DNA of 64,000 nt, from IMG/VR virus record IMGVR_UViG_3300036834_000189, positions 32,001 to 96,000 of that record. One strand, 5' to 3'. Shown in pieces: positions 19,364 through 29,936 of this stretch; position 1 is the first letter of the stretch, and every line of letters starts with the position of its first letter. The stretch comes from a virus. Below the pieces are notes generated by a model. It worked only from the letters and a program-made list of their open reading frames with translations, had not been told where the DNA came from and made no database searches. Position numbers and translations under genes: made by a program.

Positions 19364-21904
19364 ATGGGATTCTTTTTTCCTGAGGGGATTGCGGTTCCGC
19401 AGCGCGTCGAGCGGCGTGAGCGCATGGTCAAGTTCAGAAGCAACGAGCCCTCTGCCCGGGGCTGCGACGCCTGCACATTGCAGAAGACTTGGGTGCAGCT
19501 GACCACGCCGCAGATGCCGATCGACGGGGCAGAGCGCAGCGATATTCTGGTCGTCGGCGAGGGTCCCGGCGAAGAGGAAGACTTCCGGGGCCGACCGTTT
19601 GTCGGTCGAGCCGGTGCGCTGCTTCGCAGAGTCATGCCGATGCGCCAGAGCGAGCGGATCGCGATGACCAACGCCGTGCGCTGCCGCCCGATGACCGCCA
19701 GCCGCGACAACCGCGTTCCGACTGCCCGCGAAGTCGAGGCCTGCTCGATCCATCTCGAAAACGACATTGCCGCCGGTAATTACACCGCGATTTTGGGGCT
19801 GGGCGGCGCCCCGCTGGCGCGGTTTTTCACTGAAGCGACGATCACCCAGTCGCATGGGCTCAAGTTTCCGGTCGCGATCGGCGGCAAGGTATTGTGGTAT
19901 TATCCAACCTTGCATCCCTCCTTTGTCAATCGCACCGGCGGCGACAAGTCGCCGATGCTCCCGGTGTTCGAGAACGACATCAAGACGTTTTTTCGCGATG
20001 TCGACCATTGGCCGAAGCCGGTCATCGAGAACGTCACTGCCAAATCCGTGACGTGCGCCTATGACGAGGACGAGGCCGCCGCGCTCTGTCGGCGGATGCT
20101 CGCCGCTGGAAAGCCGATCGGGTTCGACATCGAGACCAACGATCTGCGCCCCAACGTCAAGGGCGCGGCGATCATGACCGCGGCGGTTTCCGATGGCGCG
20201 GCCACGGTGGCTTGGCCGGTCAGCCACCCCGAACTGCCCAATGATTGGGGACTTCCGCTCGCGCTCAACATGACGCAGCGCTTGCGCTGGGTGGCGCATC
20301 ATGCCGGGTTCGAGCTGGCGTGGCTGACCGAGCACGCCCGCCGCCAGTCGATCCCCTGGGAGCCGGCAGCCGGGTTTGACGATTCGATGGTCGCGGCGCG
20401 CCTGTATCAGCGCCGCGCGTCGTGCCTCAATCTCGGGGTCTTGACCCGATTGTACTGCGGTGTCAACGTCAAGCGCCTCTCCGACATCAACCCGAACAAG
20501 ATCGCCGAGACCCCGCTGTCGGAAGTGCTGCCGTACAACGGACTGGATGCGTGGGGCTCGTGGCAGATCCTCGACCGGCTCGGCGACCGCGTCGACCCCG
20601 ACAATTACCGATCGATCATCGAGACGATCCAATCGGTCACCGAGATGCAATTGCTCGGTCTCGATGTCGACCGCGCCGCGGCGACGGAATTGCTCGGCGA
20701 GTGGCAGGGACGGGCGCAAGCCGCAGCGTTGCGTGCGATGACGGTGTACGAGGTCAAGCGCTATACCAAGGATCGCGAGTTCAACATCGGGTCCAACGAG
20801 CAGGTCGGCGAAGCCCTGGTGACCTATGGCCGGGTGACCTTGCCCAAGACGCCGGGCGGGCAATACTCGACCGACGACAAAACATTGACCGATGCCGCGC
20901 CCGACAACCCGCTGGTCAAGGACGTGCTGGAATACCGCCATGCCAAGAAGATGGAGTCGACTTATGTCCTCCCGGTCCTCGCCGCCGCCGAGCGGTTTGT
21001 CGACGGGCGGCTGCACCCGGTCTACAGCACCAGCTTGACCCATACCCTTCGGTTATCGTCCGAGGACGTGAACATTCAGAATTTTCCAAAGCGCAAAGAC
21101 CACGAGCTGCGCCGCCCGGTCGTCCCGCCGAAGGGCTGTCTGTGGGCATCGGCGGATTGGGGGCAGTTGGAAGCCCGAGTCTATGGGATGGCGTCGAAAG
21201 ACCCCGCGCTGTGCGATTCGATCATCGCCGACGAGGACATTCACAGCTACTGGCTCAATGTTATCCTCGAAGCCTATCCGCCCTACTTCGACCGGCTCGC
21301 CAGCAAGGTCACGCCCAACGACACCGAAGCCCAGATCCGCAAGGGCGGTCGCGACATCATCAAAAGCGACTTTGTCTTCGCCACGTTTTTTGGGACTACG
21401 GCGCGCAACGTCAGCGAACGCACCGGCATCCCCCCAGACATCGCCACCGAGGTCCTGGGATTGTTTTGGCGACGCTATGCCGCCGCTCATCGGTGGCTCA
21501 AAGGCCAGCGTTCAGGCTATCGCGACAACGCGGCGGTGCGCAATCTGTGTGGGGTCGAGCGCTACGGGATCATGCTCGGAAACGAGCCGATCAATCACCC
21601 GATCCAGTCGACTGCGGCGCGCCTCGTCCTCGAAGCACAGAACGAGGTGTTCGGTCTGGCGAAGCGGCACGGCGATCTTCACTTCATGCCGCGGATCAAT
21701 ATTCACGATGATCTCGTCTTTGCGTTGCCCGACGACAGCGACCTGATGATCACCTACATCAAAGAGATCTCCAAGGTGTTGACCAAGGTCCGGTTCGACT
21801 GGCAGATCGTACCGCTGAAGGTTGAGTGGAAGGTCGGGGCGAATTGGGCCGATCTCGAAGCGGTCCACGAGTTCACCGGCGACTACCGCCGCAAAGCGCG
21901 ATAA
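19364..21904 (+). CDS. family A DNA polymerase with N-terminal family-4 uracil-DNA glycosylase domain and 3'-5' exonuclease
   Basis: UDG motifs GEGPG..ED..GRPFVGRAG, TNAVRCRP and HPS. Exonuclease FDIET. Polymerase motif A DWGQLEAR, motif B RDIIKSDFVFATFFG and motif C IHDD. Confidence 0.93.
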   Translation: MGFFFPEGIAVPQRVERRERMVKFRSNEPSARGCDACTLQKTWVQLTTPQMPIDGAERSDILVVGEGPGEEEDFRGRPFVGRAGALLRRVMPMRQSERIAMTNAVRCRPMTASRDNRVPTAREVEACSIHLENDIAAGNYTAILGLGGAPLARFFTEATITQSHGLKFPVAIGGKVLWYYPTLHPSFVNRTGGDKSPMLPVFENDIKTFFRDVDHWPKPVIENVTAKSVTCAYDEDEAAALCRRMLAAGKPIGFDIETNDLRPNVKGAAIMTAAVSDGAATVAWPVSHPELPNDWGLPLALNMTQRLRWVAHHAGFELAWLTEHARRQSIPWEPAAGFDDSMVAARLYQRRASCLNLGVLTRLYCGVNVKRLSDINPNKIAETPLSEVLPYNGLDAWGSWQILDRLGDRVDPDNYRSIIETIQSVTEMQLLGLDVDRAAATELLGEWQGRAQAAALRAMTVYEVKRYTKDREFNIGSNEQVGEALVTYGRVTLPKTPGGQYSTDDKTLTDAAPDNPLVKDVLEYRHAKKMESTYVLPVLAAAERFVDGRLHPVYSTSLTHTLRLSSEDVNIQNFPKRKDHELRRPVVPPKGCLWASADWGQLEARVYGMASKDPALCDSIIADEDIHSYWLNVILEAYPPYFDRLASKVTPNDTEAQIRKGGRDIIKSDFVFATFFGTTARNVSERTGIPPDIATEVLGLFWRRYAAAHRWLKGQRSGYRDNAAVRNLCGVERYGIMLGNEPINHPIQSTAARLVLEAQNEVFGLAKRHGDLHFMPRINIHDDLVFALPDDSDLMITYIKEISKVLTKVRFDWQIVPLKVEWKVGANWADLEAVHEFTGDYRRKAR

Positions 21905-22049
21905 AGCGATGTATAATTAAAATGCCAAGCGGAGCCATGGAATGGGATTTGGATCACCGACTTTGAGCGAAGCCGGGCCTGGCGGTGCCCCACTTGGCGC
22001 GCGGATCCCGCGCCTTGTGGGGCACTCACGTGAGCAGCGGAAATAAACC

Positions 22050-23000
22050 ATGCAGACCGACGGCGCCGCGCAACCGCTCATCGTGCGTCACCGCCCTGCC
22101 ACGTTTGACGGGGTGTGGGGCCACAAAGCCATCGTCGACGCGCTGCAGCGGCGGATTACCGGTGATGGGCGTCCACACGCCTACCTGTTCACCGGGAAGT
22201 CCGGGGTCGGCAAGACCACCCTGGCGCGGATCATCGCCCATACCCTGAACTCCGAGATCCTCGAAATCGACGCGGCGTCGAACAACGGGGTCGATGCGAT
22301 GCGCGCGCTGGTCGACATCGGGTACTACATGTCGCCCGGTGCCGGCTCGCGGATGATCATCCTCGACGAATGTCACATGTTGTCGCGCTCGGCCTGGAAT
22401 GCGGCGCTCAAGGTCTTGGAGGAGCCGCCCAGCCATCTCTATCTGGCGTTGTGCACGACCGAACTGTATCGTGTCCCGGAGACCGTCGTCACGCGCTCGT
22501 ACCATGTCAAGCTCGACCGGCTCAGTGATCTCGACATCGAGGACTACCTGATCGACATCCTCATCAAAGAAGAGTGGGATGTCGACAAGGACGTTTTCCG
22601 CCTCGTCGTCAAAGAGGCCGAAGGCAGCCCGCGATTGGCGCTCGCGCTCCTGCAGGAATGCTACGACGCGCCGAACGAAGCCGAGGCCAAGCGGATCATC
22701 GCGACCGCCGGATCGAGCGCCCCGTTGCTGCAGATCATCGATCTGGTGATGCGGGGCGACGGGAATTGGAAGGAGCACATTCAGCCGCTGCTCGGGCAAA
22801 TCCCGGACGACGATTTTTCCGAGGCGGGGATCACCGGGGCGTGTCGCCGGATCATCGGCTGGATCAGAAATGCCGAGACCGAGAACCAGGCGCGGCGCTA
22901 TTGGAGTTTTCTGGCCTATCTGACTTATCCGGCGCACTCCTACGATCCCAAAAGTTTGTTTTATACCGCGCTTGGGCGGATGCTGTGGAGTAATGAATGA
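22050..23000 (+). CDS. clamp-loader ATPase (DnaX gamma/tau-like)
   Basis: RHRPATFD, Walker A GKSGVGKTT, EIDAASNNGVD and LDECHMLS...NAALKVLEEPP. Confidence 0.9.
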   Translation: MQTDGAAQPLIVRHRPATFDGVWGHKAIVDALQRRITGDGRPHAYLFTGKSGVGKTTLARIIAHTLNSEILEIDAASNNGVDAMRALVDIGYYMSPGAGSRMIILDECHMLSRSAWNAALKVLEEPPSHLYLALCTTELYRVPETVVTRSYHVKLDRLSDLDIEDYLIDILIKEEWDVDKDVFRLVVKEAEGSPRLALALLQECYDAPNEAEAKRIIATAGSSAPLLQIIDLVMRGDGNWKEHIQPLLGQIPDDDFSEAGITGACRRIIGWIRNAETENQARRYWSFLAYLTYPAHSYDPKSLFYTALGRMLWSNE

Positions 23001-23034
23001 TTATCGGAGTGCTCGGCGGCATGGGATGCGTGAC

Positions 23035-23550
23035 ATGACCGAACCGCGCGACTCATCGCTCAGCGCATGCATGCAAAAATATTACGAGTTGCGGCGCCAC
23101 CTCGGGATCGATCTCCTCGAACTCGACCATGCCTTTATGGTCACGCCGACAATTTTGCAGAGCGCCGGGGAGCTGGCGGCGGAGGCGGACCGCGACGAAG
23201 CCGTGGCCAAGCACAACTTCGACATCGCCAAGGGCGAAGCCGGCGAGCGGCTGCGCGCGGTGCGCGCCGGGATTTCGGAAGCCCGGCTGGCGACCTTGGT
23301 GCCGCTCGACAACGAGGTCAAAAGCGCCCGCAAAGCCGTCGAACTCGCGACTTTCGAGTCGTCGATCTGCACGTCGCTGTATAAAGCGTTTGACGCACAA
23401 TGGCGGATGGTGAATAAAGCAGTCGACATGATCGCGGCCGGATATGTCAACCCCGAGCAAGCCCATCTGCAGCGGCGGGCCGAGATCAATCGTGCGCGAC
23501 GAGCGGCGCAGACCGACGCTCCGATGAAACCACTTGTCCGGCCTAGCTGA
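23035..23550 (+). CDS. hypothetical coiled-coil protein (possible UvsY-like mediator)
   Basis: Helical protein located between the clamp loader and SSB; start uncertain. Confidence 0.35.
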   Translation: MTEPRDSSLSACMQKYYELRRHLGIDLLELDHAFMVTPTILQSAGELAAEADRDEAVAKHNFDIAKGEAGERLRAVRAGISEARLATLVPLDNEVKSARKAVELATFESSICTSLYKAFDAQWRMVNKAVDMIAAGYVNPEQAHLQRRAEINRARRAAQTDAPMKPLVRPS

Positions 23551-24015
23551 TGCATAGCCCGATTGACGATACAGTTGTTCGTGCGCTGACCGACACCAGC
23601 CGGGTGCTGCAGCAGGTCAGTCTCGCGATCGACGGCGGCATGGAACGGTTGGATCTCGTGTTGGACACGGCACCGGCGCTGTCTCGCCCAATTCTCGAAA
23701 CGCTTATGCGCGCGCTCGGCGACTGCAACGACGGAGTGGGTCAAGCCGCCAAGACGTTCCGCAGTGCTCTGGAGCAGGTGCAGCTGCTTGCGTTTCCGCC
23801 CGACGGCCATGCTTGACATCGCGCGCTACGCAGTCGCCGCAGTCGTCGCGCTGCTGGTGTTTTACGTTCTGCTCAGAGTCGGTACTCTGGCGATCCTCCG
23901 CTCGATCGCCGAGTTTCGCGCCGCGGAAAATGCGCAAAAATCTTCCCCGATCAAACGCAAAGTCGAAGAAAAACCGGTATAATCTATTAGACTGTTCCGA
24001 ACCGGAGGAGTTCCG

Positions 24016-25107
24016 ATGCCTGCATTCAAATACCGGGTACGCTCGCGCGAGGATATGGATAAACGCGCCAATCAAAGCGGCAGTGATTTCGAGGGTTGGC
24101 TGAAGGACGAATATCGGATGTATACCCCGACCAAAGGGGAGAACTGCATTCGGATACTGCCGCCTTCGCCGGCTTGGGATGAGACGCATTACAGCATGGA
24201 CGTTTGGGTGCACTTTAGCGTCGGTCCCGAACGCGCATCGGTCATTTGTCTGTGGAAGATGAATGGTCAGCCTTGTCCGGTCTGCGAAGAGCGCGCACGC
24301 GCCGAACGGGCGCGCGACGAGGAGACCGCCAAGCCGCTCAAACCCTCGCGACGGGTGTTGATGTTTCTGATCAACCGCAAGGACGAGGCACAGGGTGTGC
24401 TGGCCTGGGGCATGCCGTTTACCCTGGACCGTGACATTGTCAAAGCGTCGAAGGATCGCTCGACCGGTGAATACTTTTTTATCGACGAGCCCGAGCAGGG
24501 ATACGACATTTATTTTGACAAAGAGGGCGAGCAGCTGATGACCAAATATACCGGTGTCGCACGCGCGCAGCGCGCCAGCTCGATCAATCCCAAGCATCTC
24601 GATTGGCTGGCCGACAATCCGCTTCCCGAGGCCTTGCGATGGCGTGATTACGACGAGGTCAAGCGTCTGTACGAGGGGGCCGGGCGCGGTGAGGCGCGTC
24701 CGCAAGAGTCGGCGCGCCCGCAAGAGTCGGGGCGTTCACAAGAGCGCCCGCAAGAGTCGGGGCGTCCGCAGTCGGGACGTTCGCAGTCGGAGCGTCCGCA
24801 AGCATCGGCGCGTCCGCAAGCGCGTCCGCAAGCTCGGGACGAAGACGACGAGGACATCGACGACAGCATAGACGACAACGATTACCGCGGCGCTGCCGGG
24901 CACTCTGGTACGGTAGCCGAGCCGCCGCCGCGCGACGAGCCGTTCGCGCGGACCGCGCCTCTCCGGCGCCCCAGCGCAGCCAAGCCGCAAGCCGAGGATG
25001 CTCCGCCATTCGAACCGGGGCCAAAGCCGCGCGACAATGGCGCTGGGAAGTCGACATCCGGGGTCTCGCGCGCGGATGAGTTGCGCGCCAAATTCCGTTC
25101 CGGGTAG
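24016..25107 (+). CDS. single-stranded DNA-binding protein (T4 gp32-like)
   Basis: IRILPP motif, H...C.....CPVCE zinc ligands, disordered acidic tail, GGAGGAG RBS. Confidence 0.75.
   Translation: MPAFKYRVRSREDMDKRANQSGSDFEGWLKDEYRMYTPTKGENCIRILPPSPAWDETHYSMDVWVHFSVGPERASVICLWKMNGQPCPVCEERARAERARDEETAKPLKPSRRVLMFLINRKDEAQGVLAWGMPFTLDRDIVKASKDRSTGEYFFIDEPEQGYDIYFDKEGEQLMTKYTGVARAQRASSINPKHLDWLADNPLPEALRWRDYDEVKRLYEGAGRGEARPQESARPQESGRSQERPQESGRPQSGRSQSERPQASARPQARPQARDEDDEDIDDSIDDNDYRGAAGHSGTVAEPPPRDEPFARTAPLRRPSAAKPQAEDAPPFEPGPKPRDNGAGKSTSGVSRADELRAKFRSG
24694..24832 (+). repeat. coding tandem repeat (RPQES/RPQA units) in the SSB tail
   Basis: Degenerate GCGCGTCCGCAAGAGTCG units. Confidence 0.75.
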
Positions 25108-25118
25108 GAGGCGACCAA

Positions 25119-25517
25119 ATGAGCGACATCACACGCCGGTATCACCGTGATAATCCGCAGAGCGCGGCGGCCAACAAGCGCGCCAACAAGTACAAGTATC
25201 AAGCCCTCATCGTGTGGTTTCTCAAATCACGAGGTTGGCGCGGCGCGACTTGTGACGAGGCGATAATGGCGATCGACCCGCAAAAGCATCAGAGCATCTC
25301 GCCGCGCTTTACCGAGCTGAAGCAGGACGAGGTGATCGTTCCGAAAATCATTTGGGGTGAAGGCCGCGACGCAGTCCCGGAAACGCGCCCGACGCGGACC
25401 GGAAGTGACGCGGTGGTGTATGTTCTGGCGCCCGGGCTCGAACCGCCGGACCACTGGACGGTAGAGGACATCCAGAAATGGCTGATGTCGTGCCCGCGGC
25501 GTCGACACAGTGCGTGA
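25119..25517 (+). CDS. hypothetical winged-HTH-like protein
   Basis: GATCDE....HQSISPRFTEL...R.TRTG..A.V pattern. Confidence 0.5.
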   Translation: MSDITRRYHRDNPQSAAANKRANKYKYQALIVWFLKSRGWRGATCDEAIMAIDPQKHQSISPRFTELKQDEVIVPKIIWGEGRDAVPETRPTRTGSDAVVYVLAPGLEPPDHWTVEDIQKWLMSCPRRRHSA

Positions 25518-25893
25518 CATGGCACTGAAACCTGATCGCCACGACCGGCCCAGGAAACGGCACGGGATGACAGTCATTCCGCTGTCGATGGTCGAGCGCA
25601 ATCTGCAGACCATCAATCAGGCGATCGACGAGCTTGGCGGCTATCCAGATCCGTTCCGTAGCTCAGACGATGAGTATCGCGCGTATCACGATCGAGTGAA
25701 GCAGATCGTCGATTGGCAGTCGGCTGGAATGCATGAGGCGCTGGAACGCCGGTCTACCGATCTACTGGCTGATACGCGAGCCCTGATGTGCGAGCTGGTG
25801 TTGTATCTGGTCCTGGAATCAAAATTTCACCAGTCACAAGCAGCTGAACATGCGGCCGAGCTTGATTTCCGTGATGGTAATTTGTAAACCCTA

Positions 25894-26880
25894 ATGCCCG
25901 TCACCCGCATGACCCGCCCCGCGGCGCCGCCGCCGCGCGTGTTCCCGACCGGCTCGACTTTGCTCGATCTGCAGAACGGCGGTGGCTGGGCGCTGGGCCG
26001 TGTGGTCAACGTGGTCGGCGATTCGTCGTCCGGCAAAACTCTGCTGGCGATCGAGGCGTGCGCCAATTTCGATCGGCTCTACGGGGTCGAGGCGATCCGC
26101 TATGTCGAGAGCGAGTCGGCGTTCGACCAGGATTATGCGCTGACCCTGGGATTGCCGCCCGGCATCGCGGTGATCAGCGACCAGATCCATACCGTCGAGG
26201 ATTTCGGCGACGATCTCAGTGATTTTCTCAAGCGGGTCGATGGCCCCGCCGCGCTCTACTGCCTCGATTCGGCGGATGCATTGTCGAGCAACGCCGAGGT
26301 CGAGCGAAAGATCGGCACCGCGACTTACGGAGCCGACAAAGCCAAGGCCTTCTCGGAGATCTTCCGCCGCCACATCGCCGAGGTTGGCAAGAAGAATTGT
26401 TGTTTGTTCATCATCAGCCAGACCCGCGACAACATCGGCAACATGTTTGTCCCGAAGACCCGCTCGGGGGGAAAAGCCCTGCGGTTCTACGCCAGTCAGG
26501 AAGTCTGGCTGCACGAAGTGCAGAAGGAGCGGCGGCAGGCATTGGGCGGGGTCGAACGCGTGGTCGGCATCCATGTCCGGGCGCAGAACAAGAAGAACAA
26601 GATCAGCCTGCCGTTCTACGAAATCGACTTCCTGCTGCTATTCGGCTATGGCGTCGACGACGAATTGTCGATGGTCAGCTGGTTGAAAAAGAACAAGGCC
26701 GACTCCCGCGATCTCTCCGAGCCGTTGGAGCGCTATGGTCTGGCGATCCGCAAAGCCCGCGACCGGCGGGATCTGGCGGTGTTGTCCGAGTATGCCGGGG
26801 AATTGCGTGCGGCGACGCGCGCCCGCTGGCTGGAAATCGAGGAGGCGTTCAAACCGCCGATCGCCAAGTATGCCAGATGA
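25894..26880 (+). CDS. RecA/UvsX-like recombinase
   Basis: PTGS..LD....GGW..GR, Walker A GDSSSGKT, LDS, ISQTRDNIG and SGGKALRFYAS. Confidence 0.9.
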   Translation: MPVTRMTRPAAPPPRVFPTGSTLLDLQNGGGWALGRVVNVVGDSSSGKTLLAIEACANFDRLYGVEAIRYVESESAFDQDYALTLGLPPGIAVISDQIHTVEDFGDDLSDFLKRVDGPAALYCLDSADALSSNAEVERKIGTATYGADKAKAFSEIFRRHIAEVGKKNCCLFIISQTRDNIGNMFVPKTRSGGKALRFYASQEVWLHEVQKERRQALGGVERVVGIHVRAQNKKNKISLPFYEIDFLLLFGYGVDDELSMVSWLKKNKADSRDLSEPLERYGLAIRKARDRRDLAVLSEYAGELRAATRARWLEIEEAFKPPIAKYAR

Positions 26881-27070
26881 CCCGCGTCTGGCTAAGGGGA
26901 TACCGATGCAAATCCGCCGATTTGGGACCATTACCACGGGGTTGGGTGTTTCTTACGATCGGGCGTTGGACGCTCTCATTGTACTGGGTGCGAGAAAAAG
27001 GTGCTCGGCGCGAACCAACCCCCGACTACGATTCAATTCCGTGAGGACGGCCCGAATACCACGGTGACAC

Positions 27071-27523
27071 ATGATCCTACCGGCGCAAACCATCCGTACC
27101 CTCGGCATCCTCACCCCGTGTTGTGAACGGACTCGCCTACACGGGGTCACCTACGGCCTGGGACCGGCGGGTTACGACCTGCGCACCGCCGAGGACATCA
27201 CCCTGTGGCCGAGCAGCTCCGCCCGCGTCGACGCCATCGAGCGCTTCGACATGCCAAACGATGTCATGGGGTTACTCTACTCGAAGTCGACCTGGGCACG
27301 CCTCCACATCGAGCACGCGGCCACCGTCATCGAACCGGGCTGGCGCGGAACCCTGCGGCTGGAGGTCAACATGCACTATGGCGACAAACCGATCACGATC
27401 CGCCGGGGGACGGGGATCGTGCAGGCCGTCTTTTTTCGTCTGGAGAGCGCGACCGAACAACCCTACGAAGGCAAGTTCCAGGCCCAGGGACCGGGACAAG
27501 ACGCCATCTTCGACCCGCCATGA
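27071..27523 (+). CDS. dcd: dCTP deaminase (dUTPase-fold)
   Basis: [27 protein letters not shown] and YEGKFQ.Q. Confidence 0.8.
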   Translation: MILPAQTIRTLGILTPCCERTRLHGVTYGLGPAGYDLRTAEDITLWPSSSARVDAIERFDMPNDVMGLLYSKSTWARLHIEHAATVIEPGWRGTLRLEVNMHYGDKPITIRRGTGIVQAVFFRLESATEQPYEGKFQAQGPGQDAIFDPP

Positions 27524-27780
27524 CGACGCTGTACTGCAACTTTTGCGGCAAGTCGCAGCACGAGGTCGCCCCGATGGTGTACATCTGCGACGCGTGCGTC
27601 GACCTGTGCCACGCCATTGCGCATCCGCCGGATGCGGCAACGACCGACAAGCAGCCGATACCGCCGCCGCTCGACGAGGGGCTGCGGCTGGCCAAGATAG
27701 CGATAGAAACGCTGTGCGATCTCTGTGACTGGATGCGCGAGCATCAGAAGCATTGGACGACACCGGAGGACGAGGATTGA
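27520..27780 (+). CDS. ClpX C4-type zinc-finger domain protein (stand-alone)
   Basis: [27 protein letters not shown]; ATG overlaps the dcd stop. Confidence 0.8.
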   Translation: MTTLYCNFCGKSQHEVAPMVYICDACVDLCHAIAHPPDAATTDKQPIPPPLDEGLRLAKIAIETLCDLCDWMREHQKHWTTPEDED

Positions 27781-29302
27781 ACCGTTGAAGCTGTGCAAGG
27801 ATTGTAAATGGGCACTGAACCGGGGAGCGGAGCTGGGCACCCCTCGCCCCTACGACTGGAGTTGTCGGCACCCGGCTGCGCTGCAGCCCCCGCTCGCCGA
27901 TTATGTCACCGGAACCCCGCAGCAGCCGCACCCGCGCGACTGCCTCGGGATGCGCGACGATCCCGACCTGTGCGGTCCCGAGGGGCGCTACTGGGAAGCG
28001 GCGATTTCGGAGGTCGAGGAATTGGACGCGCGGCGATGAGACAGCTTACCCCGGCAGCCAGGCTGACCCTCGCGTTGCGTGAAGCCGGTGCGCCGCAGGA
28101 CATGATCGACCGCGCCGCCACCGGGTATTACGGCGATTTCACGTCACCGCTGCCGTTCCCGATCAGTCGATTGGTCAAGGATGCCAGAGCCGCCGGGCTC
28201 GACGCGATCGCGCGCCGCGCGATGGATGGCGAGTTCGACGGCTGACCGGAGAGCAAATGATGCTCACGACTGACAATATCCTCGATTTGCTGCGTAAGAT
28301 GCCTGACAGCCTGAAGCCGCTCATGGATGGGCTCGGCTGCGGCATAGCGCCGATTGCTCGCATAACTTTGCGCGACACAGACCTGCACGGCAACAAGCTG
28401 CGCCTTGTTTGCGGCGTCGAGTTCATTGAGGACGATGAAGCCGTCGAGGACGATGAAAACGGCGACATGCCTGATAGCGATTGGGAAACCCAGAATGCCG
28501 ACGATCAAGCAGAAAGCCGATCATGTCCGTGCCGCGCAGCAGACGCGGACCCATGAATGTCACTGGCCGGGATGCGACCGGCAGGTACCCCCGGCGAAAT
28601 GGGGATGTCTGCGTCATTGGCGGATGCTGCCGCGGTCTCTGCAGCAGCGGATCTGGCGGGCGTACCAGCCGGGGCAGGAAACGACGCTGACCCCGAGCCG
28701 GGAATATGTCGAAGCGGCCCGCGCGGTGCAGGAGTGGATTCGCGATGGGCGCCGTGTATAGTGAGCAAAACCGCCATTTTTGGAGGATTTTATGATCGTC
28801 GACCGCCTGCCCTTTGGTCCCGTTCCGATCGAGCCGATGGCCGAGATCACCACCCGCTTCGAGGTCGCGACCGACGGCAAGATCACCCTCGGCGAGCGCG
28901 ACGCCGACCACCCGCTGATCGAGGCCGAAACCGACGAGATCGCGCTGAGCGTGAGCTACAGCGAGATCGCCGAGCATGTCGGCGGCGACCGCGTCGACTG
29001 GTGCTGGCTGCGGCTGACGACGCAGGGCGCCAGCGCCGACACCGGGCGAGCCTTCGAGGCGTGCCTGGAAGCCTGTCTGCCGTGGACCCAGCTGCGCCAG
29101 CTGCACGCCTATCTCGGGTTCCTGCTCGCTCAGGTCGAAAAAGGCGACCGGCGCGAAGCGAAGCCGCGCGAGGACATGCCGTGACCAATCGTTGACCCGG
29201 TTGGGCAATCTTGGTGTGCAACCTTGGATTGCGTTATCCATCCGGTGTGCATTCTCCGGTCGATGCTCGATTCCGCCATTCGGACACCACATCTATGTCG
29301 TG

Positions 29303-29809
29303 ATGAAGGGCCATCTCAAAGGCAGCGCCTTCGAGCGTCTGTTGTGCCGTAAATTGTCGTTGTGGCTGTCGCACGGCGAGCGTTCCGATCTGCTGTGGCG
29401 ATCCTCGATGTCGGGCGGCCGAGCCACGTTGCAGCTCGCCAAGGACGAGGTCAATCGGGCGCAGAGCGGCGATCTCACCGCGATTGCCCGCGACGCCTAC
29501 CGGTTCTGCGACCGGACGTTTATCGAGGCCAAGCACTACCGTGATCTGGCCATTGCGCGGGGTCTGCTGTGCGACACCGGCCGGCTGGCGGGGTTCTGGA
29601 AAAACACCGTGGCCGCCGCCGCCAAGTACGACAAGACACCGCTGCTGATCGCCCGGCAGAACCGCTATCCGATCATCGCGATCACCGGCGCCACGGTGTT
29701 CGCCTGCCCGCCGGTGCTGACACTGCACGGCTGGAGTGCGCAGCTGTACCTGCTCGACGATGCGCTCAACGAGCCGGCGGTGACCATGCTGCGCCGCCCG
29801 CGCCACTGA
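29303..29809 (+). CDS. Holliday junction resolvase (PD-(D/E)xK, Hjc-like)
   Basis: KGSAFER, RS..SGG, GDL and FIEAKHY motifs. Confidence 0.75.
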   Translation: MKGHLKGSAFERLLCRKLSLWLSHGERSDLLWRSSMSGGRATLQLAKDEVNRAQSGDLTAIARDAYRFCDRTFIEAKHYRDLAIARGLLCDTGRLAGFWKNTVAAAAKYDKTPLLIARQNRYPIIAITGATVFACPPVLTLHGWSAQLYLLDDALNEPAVTMLRRPRH

Positions 29810-29936
29810 CACCGCCAAAAAAGCCGGATAAAAAACGCTTGGCAAGCCCGCCATCTGCTGCTAATGGGAAAACCGCTGCCGGGGGAACGACGCTCAGCCT
29901 TGGTGCGGTAGCCGTGAAGCGCTGACGACACGACAG

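Noticed and set aside
19034-21043. Long antisense or alternate-frame ORFs (also 32271-34070, 32288-34156, 37523-39223, 29766-30956)
   Set aside because: Shadow ORFs of high-GC genes; they overlap well-supported polymerase, terminase and portal genes.
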